Below, piece by piece: positions 1-9,867 of a DNA stretch of 64,000 nt. Position numbers and translations under genes: made by a program. The DNA lies in the NCBI RefSeq assembly GCF_964204645.1, contig NC_134028.1, forward strand, positions 10,602,001 through 10,666,000. The letters are read 5' to 3'. Within the stretch, counting starts at the first letter, position 1; each line of letters starts with the position of its first letter. The stretch comes from Tubulanus polymorphus. Taxonomy: Eukaryota > Animalia > Nemertea. The notes under the pieces are model-generated. The model was given only the letters and a program-made list of their open reading frames with translations, ran no database searches and was not told the origin of the DNA.

Positions 1-29
1 TTTAACTTTAATAAAAAATCTTATTTTAA

Positions 30-1087
30 ATGGAAGGTGGGATATATGAAATACAAACTCCAAGTGAAATGATATCAGATATATATTATATATTACCTTT
101 TGATGAATACATTAAGTATTTTGGAGATTACTTTATTCAATTCAAATATAGAATAAGTAAAATTTGAATTATGAGAATTATGATAAGATTGAACCTGATA
201 TCAAAACCAAAAAGACAAATGAAAAATATTGTGATGTATGTAAGAAATATATATCATATAAAAATTGGGCATCACATAAGAAATCAAAGAAACATATAGA
301 AAAAGAAAAGAATAATAATGATAATAATATATCAGTTAGTAATATAAAAGATAATGTTAATACAACTGAAACAAATGATACCATAGATAATATAACAGAT
401 AATGTAATAAATAATGTTAACCCAATTGAAACTAATGATAATGATATAAAAGATAATGAAATAATTGATGATTCTAAAAAACATTGTAACATTTGTGATT
501 TAGATATCTCTAAAAGTAATTTTTCTAAACATAAAAAATCTCAAGCGCATATGGAAAATGAAAGGGTGTTAGAAGAATATGAAAAGAAATTAGAAGAAAT
601 AGAAAGAAATAAAACGTGTCGATATTGTAATAAGAAAATTGAACCTGTTGATGAAAATACTCATTATAAATCAAAATTAAATCTAATTAATGTTTATAAA
701 ATGGTGAGTATGATACCATTGTTAAATAACCCAAAGAAATATATCAAATATTTTAATCCTAAAACTAACCAATATTATATATTCTATAAGTAGTTATTTG
801 ATAAATTATTAGCTTATGCAGAAGATAATCCTGAACAAATATATAAATTATTATATTTTAGAAAAATAGCTTTAAGTTATCTGATAAATAATTTTAGAAA
901 TCATTTTGATTTTGATTATGATGATTTTGATGAATACTTAGAAAAATTAAGAGAAAAAGCTAATATACCTACTAATTATTATGTTAAGATGGCTCGACTA
1001 AAATTAATAAATATACCTAATACTTTAGATGAATTAGATATAAACAGAGATGATTTTATAAATGTATTAGAAACGAAATTAGAATAA
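30..1087 (+). pseudogene. Polinton A multi-zinc-finger (CxxC...HxxxxxH) protein, disrupted
   Basis: ATG at 30 (MEGGIYE..., like B MEGGKVYE...). Frameshift near 165. Fingers such as YCDVCKKY...HKKSKKH and HCNICD...HKKSQAH. In-frame TAG at 791-793, with the reading frame continuing to ~1087. Confidence 0.75.
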
Positions 1088-1195
1088 TTATTATAAAACT
1101 AATTTATATATCTATGTACTAGACGTACGTAAGAATCTTGGTAAGAATCCAAGAATCCAAGAAATCTTACTTTCTTACTCGTACGTCTAGTACAT

Positions 1196-1231
<36 letters not shown>

Positions 1232-1482
1232 GTTTTCATAAAAATTAAAAACATAAAATTATTAATCTAAGTATAGAAATAGTTATAATATAATCTATTT
1301 TTATTTCAAGAGAAAACGTATGATTGATTCATTTTTATATAATTCATTAAATAATTTATATATCTATGTACTAGACGTACGTAATAATCTAAGAATTCTT
1401 ACTTTCTTACTTTCTTAGCAAGAATCTTGGATTCTTACGTACGTCTAGTACATAGATATATAAATTAGTTTCTATAATAATT
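1086..1482. repeat. Double hairpin: four copies of TATATCTATGTACTAGACGTACG in alternating orientation
   Basis: Copies at ~1107, ~1180 (rc), ~1359 and ~1438 (rc). Outer arms are ~50 bp. Loops are built of AAGAATC/TTCTTAC repeats. Confidence 0.9.
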
Positions 1483-1494
1483 CAAATTAGGATT

Positions 1495-1656
1495 TTATTT
1501 TATACATTTATATTCATATGGAAATTGAAGCCTCAGTAATAATTTTGAACCTTTATTATTCTTTAATTCATTCATATATTCATCATGTAACTCAGTAGGT
1601 ATAATTTGATTTTCTTCCAATGATTGTTGCATAGATTTTCTATCTTTGTTATAAAA
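1495..1656 (-). pseudogene. Packaging ATPase C-terminal fragment (copy A)
   Basis: FYNKDRKSMQQSLEENQIIPTELHDEY...FPYEYKCIK is nearly identical to the C-terminus of 7810-8421. Confidence 0.92.
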
Positions 1657-3117
1657 CAAGAGCCCCAAGGGGCACAATGGCCAGCCTGTCAGATTTGCTT
1701 TTTATAAATGATGTAATCTGTGGGTTATATTTATCAATATACACTCCCTGCTCAATATCATTTACATAGTAAAATCGTGTGTTAACACAGACAGCAGGAA
1801 CGAATGTAATATAGAAATACTAAGTTATTGTATTGTTCAACGCCCCCTGGTGGCCATAAAAAAACCAATGAGCTTGAAACTCACCTCGATCATAGAACAT
1901 GTCATGAGCTACAACTTTCCAATTGATTATAGTAGCAAAATATGCTTAAGTATCAATTATGATGTGGAAAAACTTTTTTTCCACCTACGAATGAGTACTG
2001 ATGACCCCAAGATGGCTGCCAAGTGCGTCATAATTGCCTGGTCAAAAATACCCTCTCGGATATAAAAGATCCCTTTCCAAAGAATACCCATTACAAATTG
2101 CAATGAAACATGGCGCACCATTAGAAAGATACAGTACTCAGAATTCAGGCCAAAATTGACATTTTTGGGAACAAAAAAGGTCACAGTACGGCCATCTTGA
2201 GTCCGATCGACTCAATTTTTCTCATGCCGATGGGCCCTCGAGGGATACAAATATATACGAATGATCAAGGTTATTGATAAAAGTGTCTTCAAAATTTCCC
2301 TCGAAAACTTCAAAAATGTGTAAAAAGTGCTGATTTTGGCGAACAACAATGGCTGCCAGTCGGCCATCTTGAATCTGACAGGGCCAGTTTTTGGCCTGAA
2401 GATGTGTCTAGGGTAGATACACGTATAAAACAAATATCAAGACATTACCTTGAAGCGTCTTCAAAAATTTGGAACTAACACGAACTATCTATATGGTTAT
2501 CTCTCGACCTCAATAGCTTCAAGACCCATCTCAAAACAACTTTGTTCCATGCAGCATACCATTAACTCTCGGAAAGCGAATTGTATTTAACATTTTTTGG
2601 CAGAATAAAATTTGATTGAATTTGCAATTCGGGCACATGGCTAATTAGCATATCAAGGTCATACACCCGATTTGGTAAAACCTTTTTTTCGCGAACCTTG
2701 CGCAATTGTCAAGGATGAATTTTCTATAGAGCAAATAAAAATTCCTCCCAAACACCAAATCAACTAAAGATTTCATAGAAATCGATCTTGAAATACAATT
2801 TTAAATCTTAAAATAAAACCCGGAAGTAAAACAGTAGACGATACCGCGGATTCACGTGAACACCTGATTTCTGTAAATGAAATGTTGGTTGTGACAAAAT
2901 TGTTCAGACGGTTTTAGGTGGTAATAAGTACGGAAACGTAACGACCATGGTCGACTTATTCGATGAAATCAGGCCTATGTGATATCCAAATTTTGACTTT
3001 TTTATTCTCCAGACCTCCCTGATATAGAAATAAAAAATTTTGGTGGTACGAAAGTGCAATCACAGCGCCGACGGGGACAGAGCCGTGTCAGAGATCGGCG
3101 GAGTGAAAATTGAGGTG

Positions 3118-3714
3118 AGTAATAGGGGTTTAGTTGTTTCAAGCCAAAGGTCGAACGGTCGAGTTCATTAAAAAACAAAACATTAAAAGTAATTAAAAAC
3201 TATAATATATTTTCATAACCGTGTGTATTTTATATTATAACTAAATATTTATTCTAAGATATCAATAATTTAAAAAGCATATTGTATTAAATCAATTGGT
3301 CGCTCCACTTCGCTACCGCTCCGCTCCGCGACCAATTGATTTATTTACAATACACAAATTCATATAATCAAATATATTCAAATAATAATAATTATTCTAT
3401 TGTTCAACTGAAATACACACGGTTATGAAAATATATTATAGTTTTAAATTACTTTTAATATTTGTTATTAATGAACTCGACCATTCAACCTTTAGCTTGA
3501 AAGCCCATTACCCCTATTACTCTTAAAATATTCATATATATGAATAAAATATAAATGAATAACTTCTAAAATCAATTTTAATAAAAAATTTAGTATTAAA
3601 ATGGAAGCAAATAAGTACTACTGTCCAACATGTAATATCAATATAGATAAATCCCAAAAAGCAAGACACAATAAAATTAAAACACATTTAGAGAATAAAT
3701 TGAAACTAGAATAT
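3118..3714 (+). repeat. Left TIR of Polinton B
   Basis: Near-identical reverse complement of 18892-19487. Includes a 404-bp self-complementary terminal unit (3118-3521) and a copy of the first ~38 codons of polB. Confidence 0.95.
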
Positions 3715-3852
3715 TTACAGTTATATTCAGAACAGTTAACAAAGGCAAAGAAATTTATTGAATTATGGAATAATGATCCAAATAATGAACAATACGTTGA
3801 GGAATTTGATATCAAGGATCCGATGTTTATACTAGAAAATGATTCTATTTGA
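3601..3852 (+). pseudogene. Chimeric ORF: polB N-terminal zinc finger (TIR copy) fused to the HNH-gene C-terminal tail
   Basis: The first 38 aa match 18784-19005. The tail KAKKFIELWNNDPNNEQYVEEFDIKDP matches the translation of 5690-5773. Confidence 0.75.
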
Positions 3853-4546
3853 GCCTATATACATTCAATGTACAGAGCTATGGAATAAATCTATAAATTC
3901 ACAGCTGTTACAGCTGTTACTATGACGCCGAGACTTATGACTCATTATTACAAACGTGCAGAGAGAGAACACTCTAGAACCGGAACCAGATGACGTGGCA
4001 AGAAATGAACATACGCTGTAATATTGTGCTCAGGATATTCTATCTTTCGAAACGAAATTAGGAGTTTATAGTTTACAATTATAAATCTAAATGTAAGTAC
4101 TGTTTGTTGTAGTTATTAAGGCTATTAAATATGAAACCTTTAGATATATTTAAGTGTATTTAGTATATCTTTTAGATAGCTAGAGTTACCGCTAATATCT
4201 TTTAGATTAATAAAACGCCATACGCATCAAGAAGTGATAGAGAAACTCAAGATACTCTTTCTGACTGAGGAATCAACAGCAATGGATATCAAACCAATAG
4301 AATCACCAAAAGATCGAAGAAGAAATATAATAATTTCAAAAACATTAAGACTCCAATGATTAAGTTTAACATTTGTTGATATAGTTAAATATTTACCAGC
4401 AATTGAAAAAATGTTTGTAATTATAAATTGTATTTATAGAAATCAAATGATGTATTGGAAGAAATGACTGAACAACTTGTATAATGTATTGTGTAAATCT
4501 ATTTGGTGAATTTTTATGTTCAGTCGTTTCAATAATGATTCGTTTC

Positions 4547-4962
4547 AATTATGATTAGCGCATGCGCATTAAGCAAAAACGCTCCTATAAGAGCGGTTTT
4601 GCCTAGTGCGAACACGTTTAGATATTTCATATCGGTCGTTTCTATTTTACAGAATGAATATATAATTATAATCAGCGCATGCGCATTAATCAAAAACGAT
4701 CCTATAAAAGCGGTTTTGCCTAGTGCGCATGCGTTTGAATTTTCTATGTTCAGTTGTTTCTATTTTATAGAATGAATATATAATTATGATTAACGCATGC
4801 GCATTGATCAAAAACGCTCCTATAAGAGCGGTTTTGCCTAGTGCGAACACGTTTAGATATTTTACGTCGGTCGTTTCTATTTTACATAATTTACAGAATG
4901 AATATATAATTATGATTAACGCATGCGCATTGATCAAAAACGCTCCTATAAGAGCGGTTTTG
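4547..4962. repeat. Tandem array of ~3.5 units of ~117-126 bp, each with a ~65-bp imperfect palindrome
   Basis: Units start ~4547, 4664, 4782 and 4908. Core is CGCATGCGCA..AAAAACGCTC-CTATAA-GAGCGGTTTTG..TGCG. Confidence 0.92.
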
Positions 4963-5103
4963 CTCAGTGGTATGATTTAGATATCAAGGAATCGAAACAA
5001 CTTATCAAAAGCAACGAAGAATGAAAAAGGATGACGTTGGTCGAAGAAATGGAAGAGGATTCTAAAATTATTAACCAATTTAGTAAAAAAATATGTATAA
5101 TAA

Positions 5104-5778
5104 ATGGAATCAGAACAACCACAAACTATCAATATTACAAATAACACTGGCGTTATAAACATATACTACAAGAAGTGTTCTAAATGTGAATTAGATAAAT
5201 CATTAACAGAATTTAGTAAGCGTAAGATTAGCAAAGATGGTTTTCAATATTGCTGTAAAACTTGTACTAAACTATATACCAAACAATATCGAGAAGATAA
5301 TAGAGAAGCTTACAATGATTATATGACAGAATATATGAGAGGAAGATATCAAACAGATCTTAATTTTAGATTGAAACAATGCTTAAGGTCTAGATTAACA
5401 CAATTATTCAACAAAGAAACACATTCAGAAACATTATCTAATTTGTTGGGTTGTTCAGATGAATTTCTCAAATCATGGATTATATATCAATTCGATGATA
5501 AAATGAATATAGATAATTATGGGGATTATTACCATATTGATCACGTGTTACCAATATCTAAATTTAACATGAATGATGAATACAATAAAAAACTTATTTG
5601 GGGTTGGAAAAATTTAAGGCCTTAAGAAAAGAAGGAAAACATAATTAAATCCAATAAACTAGATATGAAATTATATTTAGATCAACTAGATAAAGCAAAG
5701 ACATTTGTTGAATTATGGAACAATAATCCAAATAATGAACAATACGTTGAGGAATTTGATATCAAGGATCCGAAATGA
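5104..5778 (+). pseudogene. HNH endonuclease-like protein with N-terminal CxxC motifs, one premature stop
   Basis: KKCSKC...CCKTC, then YHIDHVLPISKF...WKNLRP*EKKENIIKSNK. TAA at 5623-5625 interrupts the HNH motif, and the frame continues to TGA at 5776-5778. Confidence 0.8.
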
Positions 5779-6060
5779 CTTATCTGGACAGTTATAATTA
5801 CTGCTCCTAATAGATAAACAAAAGTAGTGAGATAATCTAAATCCTAATTTAAATAAAATATAATACAAATTACATACCTTCAACTATCTATTATTTCTAT
5901 TTTAATTTTTAATATTTTCTTTTCAAAAAAGAATACTTTATATCACAAATAAAAAATACTAAAAAAACAATAACTAATACTAGAATTCTTTAGCTTTAAC
6001 TAGCTTGTATCATTTGAAGAATACTTATAATATTTTTCTTATTAAATTTCTCTAATATAA

Positions 6061-6663
6061 ATGTCAAAGAAATCTAATAAGAATAGTATTGATATTGAAA
6101 AGACATTAGATGATTTGGGTATTAGTGATAATAAAGATACAGTTGTTTCTAATTCTATTCAAGTTAATAACAATATAGATTATGAATACTATTTATATTG
6201 TAAGCATCATCTTGAATTATTAATTGCTGGCGGGAAATCTAAGGAGTTTTTAAATAGAATCATTACTTTTCAAGAACTAGACTCTATGAAACCAGATAAA
6301 GTAATAAAATATTTTAAGATTTATGAAGAAGCAAGATTAGCTAAAATAAATGATTCTATTTCGAATGGTATTGTCAAATGTTACTCTAAGTTATGTAACC
6401 AGTTAATACCAATTGATGATGAAAATAAATTATATAGTGATTTGAAAAATGACTACTTAGTTATGACTGAATTACAAAAATGGGTTGGATATGCTTCATT
6501 TCAATTAGGATCGGTTATGACATTAATTTCTACTGGCGTCATAACATTTTCGAATATCAAGCCTATGGAATATAAATCAGGTAAGAATGAAACGGATGTA
6601 CTACAACCAAACGTCGAAACAGAAAATGAATCAGAACAAAAATTAACTAAAATAAATGAGTGA
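6061..6663 (+). CDS. Polinton conserved hypothetical protein (200 aa)
   Basis: Open ORF conserved in copy A (22482-23069). Confidence 0.8.
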   Translation: MSKKSNKNSIDIEKTLDDLGISDNKDTVVSNSIQVNNNIDYEYYLYCKHHLELLIAGGKSKEFLNRIITFQELDSMKPDKVIKYFKIYEEARLAKINDSISNGIVKCYSKLCNQLIPIDDENKLYSDLKNDYLVMTELQKWVGYASFQLGSVMTLISTGVITFSNIKPMEYKSGKNETDVLQPNVETENESEQKLTKINE

Positions 6664-7021
6664 TGGCGTTAAGAAAAAGGCTAGATCCGAGAAACAAATT
6701 AAATGGGCAAGAGAATTAGGTAAAAGATCTTCAGAATTAAAAAAAGCTAAGAAAAAGAAATTAACTGATATAAATGAATCACAGACTTTATCTGATATTG
6801 TTTCAAATAATAATCCATCTGATTCTTCTAATAGTGGAAGAAATAATTACTTATATATTACAATTGGGTTAATCACAATTATTATATTATCCGGTGTAAT
6901 ATATAAATCAAAATTCAAATCTGATGATAAAGATGATTCCAATGATAAACCTATCATACCCGAAAATAAGTCAAATCATAAAGTCATTGAAACTAAATCT
7001 AAATTATTATTAATGGATTAA
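6656..7021 (+). CDS. Polinton small basic single-pass membrane protein (121 aa)
   Basis: Basic N-terminus and hydrophobic YLYITIGLITIIILSGVIY. Conserved in copy A (22104-22472). Confidence 0.8.
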   Translation: MSDGVKKKARSEKQIKWARELGKRSSELKKAKKKKLTDINESQTLSDIVSNNNPSDSSNSGRNNYLYITIGLITIIILSGVIYKSKFKSDDKDDSNDKPIIPENKSNHKVIETKSKLLLMD

Positions 7022-7027
7022 AATAAG

Positions 7028-7817
7028 ATGAAAAAAGAACAATATTTGAGAGATTTATATTATAACCCAGAAAGTGAAGTATCATATTCTAACGTTTCAG
7101 AATTATGGAATAAAATTAAATCTGATAATGGTGGTATAAAATATAGTGAATTGAAATCATGGTTACAAAATCAACCAACATATCAAATCCACAAGAAAAT
7201 GGATAAAACTTATTTAACAAGGAAAGTTATGGTTTCATATATCGATCAACAATGGCAAGCAGATTTAATTGACATGAAGAACTTAGAGGAATACAACAAA
7301 GGATATTTCTGGATACTGAATGTTATAGACATATTCAGTAGATACGCATGGTAATTCTAAACATAGTTCTATAAATATGAAACCTATACAAGCTAGAAAA
7401 GAAGATAATTCAGAAATAGTTTGGAATAATTTATATGGAGCGTTTGTTACACATGATTTCGGTGAACCTAGATTCAAAATTGGACAACACGTTAGAATAT
7501 CTAAATATAGAAAAACATTTTATAAAGGTTATACTCCAAATTTTACTGAAGAAATATTTAAAATTAAAAAGATAATATTAACTAAACCTTTTGTTTATAA
7601 TTTAGAAGATCTAAAAGATGAAGAAATATTAGGTTATTTCTATGAACAAGAATTATCACTTGTACCAAATCCAGATGAAATAGAATACAAAATAGAAAAA
7701 GTATTGAAAACAAAAACTCTTAAAGGGAAAAAGTATTCTTTGGTGAAATATAAAGGATACGATGATAAATTTAATGAATGGATTTTATCTAGTAAAATTA
7801 AAAGAATAAATGAATAA
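7028..7817 (+). pseudogene. Retroviral-like integrase of Polinton B, internally deleted
   Basis: Has WQADLIDM and the C-terminal chromo-like domain. Relative to copy A it lacks ~296 bp (A 21176-21471), including the FDEGKEF and IERFN motifs, which causes a frameshift. Confidence 0.92.
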
Positions 7818-8421
7818 AGATTTATTTATATTTGAACCGCACAATATGTTAATAACTGGAGTAACAAACTGTGGTAAAATACATTTCATATTAGACTTGT
7901 TACAAACTATTTATAAGAATCATTTTGATAATATAATATTATTCTGTCCTACTTATGAAATGAATAAAACATATAATAGAGATATAGTTAAAATAAAAAA
8001 GTTTATTATATTAGATCCTAAAACAGTAAAAGAAAATTTAGATAATTGTATTAAAATAGCAATTGATACTTATAAAGGATCAAATACATTATTTATCATA
8101 GATGATTGCGCCAATTTACATGATTCAAAAGTGAGAGAAAGTGAGTTATGTTATTTAGCTTTCTCTGGGAGACATTTTGGGATAACAACATGGGTTTTAA
8201 ATCAAAAATATAATTCAATTGTTAAAGACTTTAGGGAGAATATAAGATTTCTAGTTTTATTTTATAACAAAGATAAAAAATCTATGCAATTATCATTGGA
8301 AGAAAATCAAATTATACCTACTGAATTACACGATGAATATATGAATAAATTAAAGAATAATAAAGGTTCAAAATTATTACTGAGACTACAATTTCCATAT
8401 GAATATAAATTTATAAAATAA
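7810..8421 (+). CDS. A32/FtsK-like DNA packaging ATPase (copy B)
   Basis: Walker A GVTNCGKI (GKT in copy A, so possibly inactivated), Walker B FIIDD, and GRH motif. Confidence 0.9.
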   Translation: MNKDLFIFEPHNMLITGVTNCGKIHFILDLLQTIYKNHFDNIILFCPTYEMNKTYNRDIVKIKKFIILDPKTVKENLDNCIKIAIDTYKGSNTLFIIDDCANLHDSKVRESELCYLAFSGRHFGITTWVLNQKYNSIVKDFRENIRFLVLFYNKDKKSMQLSLEENQIIPTELHDEYMNKLKNNKGSKLLLRLQFPYEYKFIK

Positions 8422-8457
8422 AATCCTAATTTAAAATATTATAGAATTTTGAATATG

Positions 8458-8748
8458 TTTGATGGATGAGTGGAGGAATTGGATGAGTGGATGAATGGAT
8501 GAGTGTAATAATATATAATTTACATGTTTTTTATTTTTAAAACAGTAAGAGTTTGATTTGAAGTTATTTTATCAATTTTATACTACATTTAAATATTATT
8601 TTAATAATATATATATTGTGTTAAATTTAATAAAGAATACAAATATCATATTTATACTCATACTATTCTTCCAATTCATGTGTTAAAAAGTAAAATATAT
8701 ATATTATTACACTCATCCACTCTTCCACTCATCCAACTCATCCATCAA
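8458..8748. repeat. Inverted repeat with iterated GGATGAGTG motifs between convergent genes
   Basis: 8458-8523 (three GGATGAGTG plus TAATAATATATA) pairs with 8690-8748 (TATATATTATTACACTCATCC...CACTCATCC...ACTCATCCATCAA). Confidence 0.85.
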
Positions 8749-8762
8749 TATATAAATGGAAC

Positions 8763-9835
8763 TTAATCTTTTTCATTTTCATATTTTTCTTTAAGCTTAT
8801 CATATTCTAACCATATATTCCTTCGCATTTTCATTGGTATAGTTCCTGAACGATTCCCGAGTTTATATTTATTGAATGTTTCTCTTGAAAATATTTTTGG
8901 AATATAATTTTCGATTTCATTTTTAGATGGATGTTTATTTAAAAATTCTCTAAATTCATCATATTTAAATTCAAATAAGTTCATTGCATAAGTTACATTT
9001 GGTTTAAAGTTATCTAACTTTTTCAATATGGTAACTATATCATTACTCGAGAAATAATCTATAAATGTTTTTCTATACCATAATAATATACCGATAATCT
9101 AATATATTCATTTTATTAAATTTTGGATTTATAACTGTTGGATTTTCTATTACATTATCTGTACCAATATGTTTAATTGAGTATTTATGATTCAATTGTT
9201 TATCATCTATTACATATTCTTTACATTTTTCACACCAAGATTTAAATACCTGTATTGCATGGGCTGAATCATTTCCACCTTTTGTTTTTAATTTATAATG
9301 TTTTGCCCAATTAGCCTTTGTTATACATTCATTACAGAAGGCACAATAATTCTGATCCTCTTTGCATTTATCTTTATATATATTGGCATATGTTTTTACT
9401 AATTGTAAAATATGTTCATCTTTTTTGATGTGTAATAAATAATCATTATAATCATCAAAATCTTCTTCACAATATATACATATCTTTTGGTTGAACATTT
9501 GATTTTTCTATTTTAGGTTCAATATTATGTTCTATTTTTGTTTCAATCTTATCATCATTCGATGTAGAAGGTATAACATTATCTTCTATTTTAGTTTCAA
9601 TATTATTATCTATTTTTGTTTTAATATTATCTTCTATTTTTGTTTCAATATTATTATCTATTTTTATATCAATATTATTATTACGTTCAATTAAATATTC
9701 TTTGTAGTGATTTAATTCATTTAATAAAAATGTTCCGATATATTCATTTATTCTTTTATAAGGTATTACATAATACAAATCATCATTGATTTCTTTATCA
9801 GCTTTGATTCTTTCATATACTTTACCTCCTTCCAT
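8763..9835 (-). pseudogene. Polinton B multi-zinc-finger protein, frameshifted (three ORF pieces)
   Basis: Pieces 9467-9835, 9073-9498 and 8763-9026. Contains CIYCEE...H...H, YCAFCNE...H and WCEKCK...H, plus (I)ETKIEDN repeats. Positional homolog of 30-1087. Confidence 0.7.
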
Positions 9836-9867
9836 TTAATATAAGATTTTTTATTAAAGTTAAAATT

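Larger units (their letters stand above)
1..1656. mobile_element. Polinton copy A, internal segment (zinc-finger gene and ATPase 3' part), continuing left of the window
   Basis: 1-35 matches the reverse complement of B ~9831-9864 (just after the MCP stop). 1495-1656 is the ATPase C-terminus that exactly continues the ATPase broken at 20267. Confidence 0.9.

Noticed and set aside
178-492. Antisense hydrophobic ORFs over Polinton genes (also 3618-3815, 12413-12619, 22186-22485)
   Set aside because: Shadow frames of AT-rich coding sequence on the opposite strand.
4547-4962. CRISPR-like array
   Set aside because: The inter-palindrome segments are homologous to each other rather than unique spacers, and there are no cas genes. 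The ORFs called here are by-products of the repeat.
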